DNA of 64,000 nucleotides from an uncultured Chloroflexia bacterium (GTDB lineage Bacteria; Chloroflexota; Limnocylindria; Limnocylindrales; CSP1-4): assembly GCA_963713975.1 (NCBI GenBank), contig OY970218.1:1568001-1632000 (forward strand). The letters run 5' to 3'. Position 1 is the stretch's first letter. Each line of letters starts with the position of its first letter. The notes below the pieces were generated by a model. It saw nothing but the letters and a program-made list of their open reading frames with translations. It was not told where the DNA came from and searched no databases. The position numbers and the translations under genes are program-made. Shown here piece by piece: positions 21,440 through 35,100 of the stretch.

Positions 21440-22273
21440 ATGCAGATCCCGCTCTTCCCGCTCCACGCCGTCCTGGCGCCGGGGATCGTCCTGCCCCTGC
21501 ACGTCTTCGAGGAGCGCTACCGGCTGATGGTCAGCCGGTGCCTGGAGACATCCACCCCGTTCGGGGTCGTCCTCATCCGCGAGGGCAGCGAGGTCGCCCC
21601 ACGCGACGGCACCACCCAGGAGCTGGCGATCGCCGGCATCGGGACGTTCGCGGAGATCCGGCAGGCGAACCGGTTCGCCGATGGACACTGGTCCGTTCTG
21701 GCGGTGGGGACGGGTCGCTTCGTCATCCGCGATGTGCAGGGCGACGCGGAGCCGTACCTGCTTGCCGAGGTGGACCCCTACCCGGACGAGCCCGGGCGGG
21801 CCGATCCGGACGACGTCGAGTCCCTGGCAACGAGCGTGAGCCGGCGCTTCGTGGAGTACCTGCGCCTGCTGCAGCCGCGCGAGGGCGAGACGGCGAGCCC
21901 CATCGACGTCCAGCTGGAGGTCGGGATCGACGACGATGAGCCCGCGACCGACGGCGAGGCCTGGGACGACGACGACGAGGCCGCTGCGCCAACCGCGCTT
22001 ACGGGGGCAGACGCCCGCGAGCTCTCGCTGGACGATCCCGAAGGTGTTCGGGTCGCCCTGCGCATCCCGGACGACCCCAGCGCCCTCTCGTTCCTCCTGA
22101 CCGGCATCGTCCAGGTGGAGCCGGATCGCCGGCAGGCCCTGCTCGAGGCGGCGGGTGCCGAGGAACGCCTGCGGTCCATCGACGCGCTGCTGGACCGGGA
22201 GCTGCTGCTGCTCGACCGGCGCCTGGCGCCGTTTGCCGTCGATCGTCTGGGGCTGGCGTCCGAGGTGAACTAG
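21440..22273 (+). CDS. LON peptidase substrate-binding (N-terminal) domain protein
   Basis: IPLFPLHAVLAPG, LPLHVFEERY, FGVVLI, RQALLE; contains an acidic insertion. Confidence 0.88.
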   Translation: MQIPLFPLHAVLAPGIVLPLHVFEERYRLMVSRCLETSTPFGVVLIREGSEVAPRDGTTQELAIAGIGTFAEIRQANRFADGHWSVLAVGTGRFVIRDVQGDAEPYLLAEVDPYPDEPGRADPDDVESLATSVSRRFVEYLRLLQPREGETASPIDVQLEVGIDDDEPATDGEAWDDDDEAAAPTALTGADARELSLDDPEGVRVALRIPDDPSALSFLLTGIVQVEPDRRQALLEAAGAEERLRSIDALLDRELLLLDRRLAPFAVDRLGLASEVN

Positions 22274-22306
22274 CCGCCAGGATCACGCCCGTCCGGGGCA
22301 TGGGTC

Positions 22307-22350
22307 GGCCGGTCCCAACGGCGTGGGGGGAAACGCCATCGGGACCGGCC
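22307..22350. terminator. Long GC hairpin, possible terminator
   Basis: ggccggtcccaacggcgt-loop-acgccatcgggaccggcc. Confidence 0.45.
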
Positions 22351-22441
22351 ATGGTGTGAGCGTGCGTTATCGATTGTGCGCGTGCCTGATAGTAGCGTTT
22401 GCTACCGTGCCCGCAAGCGCGGATTCGCCATACTGTGTGAC

Positions 22442-23071
22442 GTGGTCCAGGAGTCGTACGCGCGTCGGCGCCGCATTCCCTCGCAGCCGCGCTCGCGGGA
22501 GACGGTGGAGGCGATCTGTGCCGCGGCCGCAGCGATCATCGAGGAGCAGGGGCTCACGGCCCTGACCACGAACGGCGTCGCGAGACGGGCGGGCGTGAGC
22601 ATCACCTCCGTCTACGCCTACTTCCCGGACAAGTGGGCGATCGTCCACGAGCTGTTCGAGCGGTTCGAGCGCCAGCGGCTCGAATTCCTGGAGGAAGTCT
22701 TCGCCGGGATCGCGGCTTCGCCGGACTGGCGGTCAATGATCCGTGACACGTGGGATGGGTTGGTCCGTTTCCGCCTCGCGGTGCCCGCAGGCATTGCGCT
22801 CCGTCAGGCGATCAACGCGACGCCACACATGCGCAGGGTGGACCTCGCCGGATCGGAGCGCGCGGCGCGTGACTTCGCGGCCGGCATCGTTGCCCGCCGC
22901 CCCGATCTTGACCCTGACCAGGCATACCGGGTCGCCTGGACGGCGACGGTCACGGCTGGCGCGATCCTCGACGACGCGAGTCGAACGGGTGAGGCGGACT
23001 GGACGAAGATCGAGGAGGGCAAGCGGCTGATCATCGGGTACCTGGCGCCGTACATGGATCCGCCGCAGTGA
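22442..23071 (+). CDS. TetR/AcrR-family regulator
   Basis: PSQPRSRETVEAI, LTTNGVARRAGVSITSVYAYFPDK; start approximate. Confidence 0.9.
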   Translation: MVQESYARRRRIPSQPRSRETVEAICAAAAAIIEEQGLTALTTNGVARRAGVSITSVYAYFPDKWAIVHELFERFERQRLEFLEEVFAGIAASPDWRSMIRDTWDGLVRFRLAVPAGIALRQAINATPHMRRVDLAGSERAARDFAAGIVARRPDLDPDQAYRVAWTATVTAGAILDDASRTGEADWTKIEEGKRLIIGYLAPYMDPPQ

Positions 23072-23117
23072 GGGCCCAGGGGGATCGAGTCCGGGGATGC
23101 CCGGAGCGTCGTCGCGG

Positions 23118-24584
23118 TCAGGCGCGGACCAGGTAGCGGTCCACGCCCTCGGCCGCCGCGCGGCCCTCGCCGATGGCCCACACGACCAGGGACTGGCCGC
23201 GGACGCAGTCGCCTGCCGCGAACACGCCCGGCACGCTCGTCATCCTGTCCGGCCCGGTGCGCACGTTGCCACGCGGGTCGAGGTCGCAATCGAACGCCCG
23301 CGGCAGGATCGGCTCGGGTCCGGTGAAGCCCAATGCGAGCAGCACGAGGTCGGCGGGGATTACCTGGGCCGTGCCCGGCACCTCGCGCATCGCCACGCGC
23401 CCGTCAGGGCCGGGCTGCCAGGAGACGTCCGCGATCTCCACCCCGGCGACGTGCTCGCTGTGGCCGATGAAGCGCCGGGTCGTGGTCGAGTACCGGCGGG
23501 GGTCCTCGCCCCAGAGCGCCGCGGCCTCCTCCTGGCCGTAGTCGAGCCTGTAGACACGGGGCCACTCGGGCCACGGGTTGTCGGAGGCGCGGGCGAGGGG
23601 CGGGCGGGCGAGCAGTTCCAGCTGGCGGACGCTGCGGGCCCCCTGCCGGATCGCCGTCCCGACGCAGTCGGTGCCGGTATCGCCGCCGCCGATCACGACC
23701 ACGTCCCGGTCCTGGGCGTCGATCGGGGCATCGGCGTCCGCGCCCCCGTCGAGCAGGCGTCGCGTGTTGCCACGCAGGAAGCTCATCGCGAGGTGGATGC
23801 CACCCAGCTCCCGGCCCGGGACGGCCAGGTCGCGCGCGACGGTGGACCCCGTCGCGAGCACGACGGCGTCGAAGGTCGCCGCGAGCTCCTCGGCCGTGAC
23901 GTCCGCACCGACGGTGACCCCCGTCCGGAACGTGACGCCCTCCTCGGCCATGAGCGCCGTCCGGCGGCCCACGACGTCCTTGTCCAGCTTCATGTTGGGG
24001 ATGCCGTACATCAGCAGCCCGCCGATGCGACCGGCCCGCTCGAAGACGGTCACGAGGTGCCCGGCCCGGTTGAGCTGGTCGGCCGCGGCGAGGCCGGCAG
24101 GGCCGGATCCCACGACCGCAACCGAGCGCCCGGTCCGGGCGAGTGGCGGCGAGGCCGTGATCCAGCCTTCCTCCCATGCCCGGTCGGCGATCTCCTGCTC
24201 GATCGTCTTGATCGCCACGGGGTCTCCGTTGAGGCCGACCGTGCAGGACCCCTCGCACGGCGCCGGACATACGCGGCCCGTGAACTCGGGGAAGTTGTTC
24301 GTCCGGTGGAGACGGATGGACGCCTCCCGCCACTGGCCGCGGTAGACGAGGTCGTTCCACTCCGGGACGAGGTTGTTGATCGGGCACCCCGAGGCCATGC
24401 CGCCGATGAGCGCCCCGGTGTGGCAGTACGGCACCCCGCAGTCCATGCACCGGGCGCCCTGCTCGGCCAGCTCGTCGCCGGACAGGCGAGGATGGTCCTC
24501 GCTCCAGTCCCGGATGCGTTCGAGGGGCGGTCGAGAGGGCTGGGAGCGGCGCGTGATCTCGATGAACCCCGTGGGCCTGCCCAT
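23118..24584 (-). CDS. gltD: Glutamate synthase small subunit
   Basis: MGRPTGF, RCMDCGVPYC, NNFPEFTGRVCPAPCEGSC, GGGDTGTDC, RGQSLVVWAI. Confidence 0.96.
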   Translation of the reverse strand: MGRPTGFIEITRRSQPSRPPLERIRDWSEDHPRLSGDELAEQGARCMDCGVPYCHTGALIGGMASGCPINNLVPEWNDLVYRGQWREASIRLHRTNNFPEFTGRVCPAPCEGSCTVGLNGDPVAIKTIEQEIADRAWEEGWITASPPLARTGRSVAVVGSGPAGLAAADQLNRAGHLVTVFERAGRIGGLLMYGIPNMKLDKDVVGRRTALMAEEGVTFRTGVTVGADVTAEELAATFDAVVLATGSTVARDLAVPGRELGGIHLAMSFLRGNTRRLLDGGADADAPIDAQDRDVVVIGGGDTGTDCVGTAIRQGARSVRQLELLARPPLARASDNPWPEWPRVYRLDYGQEEAAALWGEDPRRYSTTTRRFIGHSEHVAGVEIADVSWQPGPDGRVAMREVPGTAQVIPADLVLLALGFTGPEPILPRAFDCDLDPRGNVRTGPDRMTSVPGVFAAGDCVRGQSLVVWAIGEGRAAAEGVDRYLVRA

Positions 24585-24600
24585 CAGACGAGCCCGCCCA

Positions 24601-29208
<4,608 letters not shown>

Positions 29209-29458
29209 GGCAGGTCTCCACCTTCGCCCCTCCTTGGGGGCCCGCAACCGTACGAAATCGGCCGGCCCGGGGCAGCCGCGCAGGGGTGATCGTTGGGTTG
29301 CGGTTCGGGGTCCGCGCGGTGTCGCGCCACGCACCACGGTCCGCAACCGAACCTAGCGGGGCCTGTGGCCTTGGCTACCATGCCGACGAACAGGGCCCGT
29401 GCTCCGCCCGTAGCCAGAGCGCGCCGCCCGTTGCAGCGCAGGCAGGAGGCGTCCCCCA

Positions 29459-30844
29459 ATGCCCGACAACGTTGCCCCGACCGCGGGCCGGCATGATCTG
29501 CGCGGCCTGGCCGCGCTCGTGTCGTCTGTCGCCTTCCCGGACGATCCGCGGTACGAACGGCTCACGGTCCCCTGGAACGTCGCGGTTCCCAGTCGGCCCC
29601 TTGCCGTTATCGAGGCCGCTGACGCGGGGGAGATATCCCGGACCCTCGCGTTCGCCTCCGCGAACGGGGTCCCGGTTGCCGTCCAGTGCACCGGCCACGG
29701 AGCCATGGACGATCTCGACGGTGCGGTGCTCGTGCTTACCGGCGGCCTGACCGAGTGCGTCGTGCATGCCGAGGCGCGGTCGGCGCGCGTCGGCGCGGGC
29801 CTGACCTGGCAGCCCGTGGTGGATGCCGCCGGGGCCCATGGCCTGGCGGCCCTGGCGGGATCCTCGCCCGGTGTGGGTGTCGTCGGATACACCACGGGCG
29901 GCGGCGTCGGTCCGCTCGCCCGGACCCTGGGCATCGCCTCCGACCGGGTGCGGGCGTTCGATGTCGTCACGGGTGACGGCGAGCTGCGACGCGTGTTGGC
30001 GGACGAGTATCCGGATCTGTTCTGGGGCCTGCGCGGGGGCAAGGGCGCGCTGGGCGTGGTCACCGCGGTGGAGTTCGACCTGCTGCCGATCCGCGAGATC
30101 TACGGCGGGGCCGTGTACTTCGAGGGGAGCTACGCGGCCGACCTGCTCGGGCGCTGGGCGGACTGGTGCGCCACCCTGCCACCAGAGGCGACCACGTCGA
30201 TCGCACTGATGCAGCTGCCGTCGATGCCCGGGGTGCCGGAGCCGCTGGCGGACCGCCTCACCGTCGCCGTCCGGTTCGCGTGGACCGGCGACCCGGACGC
30301 CGGTCGCGACGTCCTCGCCCCAATTCGGGGGATCGCTCCGCCGCTGCTCGACGGCGTCGGGCAGATCCCGTATCCCGCGCTCGGGTCGATCCATGCCGAT
30401 CCCATCGACCCGATGCCCTCCCAGGAGCATGGCGCCCTTCTCGCCTCGCTTCCGCCCGCCGCGATCGAAGCGATCCTCGCGCTCGCCGGGCCGGGATCCG
30501 GATCGCCCCAGCTGATGGTGGAGATCCGGCAGCTCGGCGGGGCGATCGCCGTCGCCGACGGGCCACCCAGCGCATTTCCCAGCCGTGACGCCGCGTTCTC
30601 GCTGTTCCTCGTCGGGCTCGCCGTACCACCGCTCATCGATGCCTTGAAGGGGCATGCCGCCACAATGGCCGACGCCCTGGAGCCATGGCTCACGGGCTGG
30701 GTCCACCCCAACTTCGCGCCGGGCAGCAGCGCTGAGCGGTTCCGCCGGGTGTACGACCCCGCCACGCTGCAACGGCTGGCGTCGCTCTCTGAGACCTATG
30801 ACCCGGCCGGGATCCTGGTGGCGGGTCGCGGCCTGCGGGGCTGA
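29459..30844 (+). CDS. FAD-binding oxidoreductase (VAO/BBE-like)
   Basis: VQCTGHG, GVVGYTTGGG, DLFWGLRGG, C-terminal YDP. Confidence 0.88.
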   Translation: MPDNVAPTAGRHDLRGLAALVSSVAFPDDPRYERLTVPWNVAVPSRPLAVIEAADAGEISRTLAFASANGVPVAVQCTGHGAMDDLDGAVLVLTGGLTECVVHAEARSARVGAGLTWQPVVDAAGAHGLAALAGSSPGVGVVGYTTGGGVGPLARTLGIASDRVRAFDVVTGDGELRRVLADEYPDLFWGLRGGKGALGVVTAVEFDLLPIREIYGGAVYFEGSYAADLLGRWADWCATLPPEATTSIALMQLPSMPGVPEPLADRLTVAVRFAWTGDPDAGRDVLAPIRGIAPPLLDGVGQIPYPALGSIHADPIDPMPSQEHGALLASLPPAAIEAILALAGPGSGSPQLMVEIRQLGGAIAVADGPPSAFPSRDAAFSLFLVGLAVPPLIDALKGHAATMADALEPWLTGWVHPNFAPGSSAERFRRVYDPATLQRLASLSETYDPAGILVAGRGLRG

Positions 30845-30952
30845 GACGCGATCCCGTCACCGACGTCGTTCCGCATCGCTCGGGCAGGCCGTCCCCCGGG
30901 CCGGTGGCGCCGTGAGGATGTGCTCGGGCCACGGGACACGCATCATGGACGC

Positions 30953-32077
30953 ATGCGTATCGAGGACTTCGGCGTCGAGATCTGGATGAACCGCTGGGAG
31001 ACCAGCTGCCGCTACAACCTGGCCGAGACCTGCGTGGACTCGGTCACGGTGGAGGAGCTGCTCGAGCTTGCCGGCATGGACCCGGACTCCCTGGTCGACG
31101 AGCTGCTGCCGATGCGGCTCTCATATGGCGAGATTGCGGGATCCGAGCGACTCCGCACGGCGATCGCCTGCCTGTACGACTCCGCCCAGGCCGACGACGT
31201 CCTGGTGACCCACGGCGCCATCGGGGCCAACTCGCTCGTGTACCAGGCGCTGATCGAGCCGGGCGACGTGGTGGTATCCATCGTCCCCACCTACCAGCAG
31301 CACACGGCGATCCCCCGGAGCCTGGGCGCGGAGGTCCGCACGCTCGCGCTCCGCGAGGAGGATGGCTGGCTCCCGGACACGGACGAGCTGCGCCGCCTTG
31401 TTGCGGGCGACGCCAAGGTGATCGCGCTCGTCAATCCCAACAACCCGACGGGCTCGCTGCTGGATGGGGGGCGCATCACGGAGATCGTCGCGATCGCACG
31501 CGATGCCGGCGCCTGGATCCTCGCCGACGAGGTCTACCGGGGCACGGACCAGGTGGGCGACGGCACCTCACCCTCGTTCGTGGAACGCTACGACCGCGCG
31601 ATCGGGATCGGGAGCATGTCCAAGGCGTTCTCGGCGGCGGGCCTGCGCCTGGGCTGGGTCGTGGCGCCCGCCGAGGTCCTGGGCGCCGTGAGTCGCCACC
31701 GCGACTACTCCGTGATCAGCGTGAGCATGGTGGACGATCTCCTCGCCGCCATCGCGCTGGAGGGCGAGGACGAGCTGCTAGCGCGAAGCCGGAGGATCGT
31801 CCGCGAGAACCTGGCCATCCTGGACGATTGGGTCGCCGGCGAGGCTCGGATCGACTACGTGAAGCCGCGGTCGGGGACCACCGCCCTGCTCCGGTACGCG
31901 GCGGCCATCCCCTCCGAAGACCTGTGCACCCGCCTGCTCGAGGCCGAGGGCGTGATGCTCACGCCGGGCAGCGCCATGGGCATGGAGGGCTACCTCCGCA
32001 TCGGGTACGCGAACGAGGCCTCCGTCCTGCGGGAGGGCCTGGAGCGCTTCTCCGCGTTCCTTACCACGCTCGGCTGA
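30953..32077 (+). CDS. PLP-dependent aminotransferase class I/II
   Basis: YNLAETC, NPNNPTG, DEVY, SMSKAFSAAGLRLGW. Confidence 0.92.
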   Translation: MRIEDFGVEIWMNRWETSCRYNLAETCVDSVTVEELLELAGMDPDSLVDELLPMRLSYGEIAGSERLRTAIACLYDSAQADDVLVTHGAIGANSLVYQALIEPGDVVVSIVPTYQQHTAIPRSLGAEVRTLALREEDGWLPDTDELRRLVAGDAKVIALVNPNNPTGSLLDGGRITEIVAIARDAGAWILADEVYRGTDQVGDGTSPSFVERYDRAIGIGSMSKAFSAAGLRLGWVVAPAEVLGAVSRHRDYSVISVSMVDDLLAAIALEGEDELLARSRRIVRENLAILDDWVAGEARIDYVKPRSGTTALLRYAAAIPSEDLCTRLLEAEGVMLTPGSAMGMEGYLRIGYANEASVLREGLERFSAFLTTLG

Positions 32078-32113
32078 GCGGGCGCCGCCCAGGCCCCTCT
32101 GCAGGCCCCAGCT

Positions 32114-35100
32114 TCAGGCCACCACCCTTGCGTCCGCGCTCGTCCGCTCGCGGCGGAGCGCCGGTCCTGCCGCCGCCGCCAGCGTGATCGTCAGCGCGAC
32201 CACGAGGAAGGCAGACAGGACCAGCGCATCGATGGCCGGGAGCGAGCCGCCGCCGGTCATCGCCCCGAGCAGCGCGTCGACCGCATAGGTCATCGGCAGG
32301 AACGGGTTGATCGCCGCGATCGGGCCCGGTGCCACCGACGCCGCGTACGGGATGCCGACGGCTGCCACCTGGACCACGAGGAGCAGGAGGGCCAGCAGCC
32401 ACCCGCGGGACCCGAACATCGCCACCAGCGCCTGGACGATGGCGGTGAAGGCGAGCGTGGCCAGGACCGCGAAGCCCACGAGCTGGAGCATGTCCGCGAC
32501 CTGGAGGCCCAGCAGGATCCACATGCCGCCGACCATCAGCAGCGACCCGGCGACGCCCACGAGGGCCGCGAGCCCGAAGGCGACGAGGACGCCGCGGACC
32601 CATCGCCGACGGCCGGTCGCCCAGATGGCGGGCAGGATCAGGAAGGCGCCCATCACGCCCAGCCACGCGGCAAGGGCCATCAGGAACGGCGCGAGGCCAT
32701 CCTGGGACCCGCCGACCGCGTTGACCCGGGTCGCCGCCACGGCGACCGGGTTGGCCGCGAGGGTGCTCAGCCGGGTGCGGGTGTCGCTGCCGTAGCTGCC
32801 GATCCCGGCGGCGGAGGACTCGAGATCGTTGGACAGGGCCTGCGCGTCGTCGGAGATCGCCGTGCCGCTGCCCGCGAGGTCGTCGGACTGCGCCTCGACG
32901 AGCGCGCCCGCCTCCAGCGCAAGGGTCGCCGCCTCGGTCAGCTGGTCCATGCCGCCGGTAGCGCTGGCGGTGCCGTCGGCCAGGGCCTGGGACCCCCTGG
33001 CGGCCGCTGTGGCTCCGGCGGCGAGCGCGGTTGACCCCTTGGCGAGCTCGTCCAGGCCGTCCGACAGATCGCTCGCGCCGGATGCGACGCCCGCGGCGCC
33101 GGTGGCCAGCTGGGCAACGCCGTCGGCGAGCCGCGGCACGCCGGCGGCGAACTGCTGCATGCCCTGGGCGTAGGCGTCCATGCCCGAGGACAGGTCCTGT
33201 GTGCCCGCAAGGAGCTGCTGGGCCCCGGCATACAGGTCGTCGATGCCCTGCTCCAGCGCCGGCAGCTGGGTGGCAAGGGCGGCCGTCCCCTGCATCACGC
33301 CCTTGGCATACGCCTCGACGGTCGCCGTGTCGACCACGACGTCCCCGGCGGCCTGCGCGGCTGCACCTGCGTCCTGTGCGGCACCGGCCGCCTCGTTCGC
33401 GAGTGCGCCGGCGTCCGCCTGCAGGCCTGCGAGGGCCTGGCAGACCGGGTCGGCGTCGGTGTGGAGGCCATCGCACTGGCTGGACAGCGCCGCGACCGCA
33501 GCCGCGAGGGCCCCGGCGTCGGTGGCGACGGAACCCGTTGCCTGCGCTGCGACGCCGGCCTTGTTCGCCGCCTCGAGCGCGTTGTTGTTGGCCTTCGTGG
33601 CGCTGGTCACCAGCTGGCCGGCGGCGTCGTTGAGCTGCTGGGCGCCGACGCCCATGCCGTTCGTGGAGGACGCGAGGTCCTTGAGGCCGGGCGTGGGCGG
33701 GTTCGTGGACGGGTTGCCGTTGGTGAACAGGTTCCAGCCGCCGGCGACCTGGGCCGCTCCGGTCGCGAGGTCGGACGCGCCGTCGGCCAGCTGGTCCACC
33801 TGTGCCGGGAGGGCGTCGGTGCTCGTGGCGAGCGCGGCAGCGCCATCGGAGACCTGGCTTGCCCCACCGGCCAGCTCGCCGGCCCCGGACGCCGCGGCCC
33901 CGGTGCCCTTGGCGAGGTCCCTCTGTCCGCGGGCCACCTTGGCCATACCGTCTGCCACGGCCTGGGTACCGTCCACGAGTTGCGTGATCTGGCTGGTGTC
34001 CGAGGTGCCGTCCACCAGCTGCTGGAGGCCGCTGACGAGCTGCCCTGCAACCACGGACACGCCGGAGGCGTTGTCGGCGAGATCGGACGAGGAGCCCGCC
34101 AGGTCACTCGCCGTGCCGGCGGCCCTGTCGACGATCGCCCGGGCGTCGGTGACCGCGAGCAGCACGTCGTCGACGTAGCTCGCGGTAACGCCCTGGGCCG
34201 TCGAGGTGGCGATCGCGGCCGCCACGGACCGTGCGACCGTCCCCAGGGCGTAGCCGGACCCGTCGTCCGTCACAAGCTCGAGGGTCGCCTGGGGCACCGT
34301 GCCGATCGTGTCGGAGCGGATGGCAGCCACGGTCCGGGAGAAGCCGTTGGGGATCCGGAGCACGGCCGCGTACGTGCCGTCGGCGAGGCCGGTGTCGGCG
34401 TCCGCCTCGCTCGCCTCGACCCACTCGAATCCCTCGCCGGTGCCGGGCCTCACCAGCGTCGCGGCCAGGTCGTCACCGAGCACGAGGTCCCTGACCATGC
34501 CGTCGGGGCCGGTCATGGTCCCGCCGTCGTCCAGGTTGACGACTGCCGCTCGCAGCGAGCCGACGTTGTCCATCGCGCCGCCAAACGACCAGGTCAGGAT
34601 GCTCGCGATCACGAGCGGGACCATCACGACGATCGCAAGCCCCACCGCCAGCCGCCGGCGATTGGCGCCGCGCGGCGGCCCGGTCGGCACGAGACCGTCA
34701 TCCACGCCCGCCGCCATGCTCACGCCCGCCGCCGCACCCGCCGCGGCGCCAACAGGCACCGGGACCGGGACCGGAGCGGCGCCCCCGCCGAACCGGAAGC
34801 GGGACGGCCACCAGGCCCAGTCTCCCGCGATCGTGGTGATGGCCGGGACCAGGATGGAGCGGACCAGGAAGGTGTCGATCAGCACGCCGATGGCGACCGC
34901 GACGCCGACCTGGAACAGGATCGTGAGCGGTGCCGTGGCCATGGATCCGAACGTGCCCGCGAGGATCAGACCTGCCGACGTGATGACAGCGCCGGTGTGC
35001 CCGGACGCCTTGCGCACCGCGTCCTTCATGCCCGCACTCTCCGCCTCCTCCCGGATGCGGTGCATCAGGAAGATGTTGTAGTCGGACCCGAGGGCCACGA

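Noticed and set aside
32800-34150. Repetitive Ala/Gly-rich DNA as a tandem repeat or tape-measure gene
   Set aside because: Explained by the LxxG heptad repeats of the YhgE/Pip domain; no phage genes nearby.
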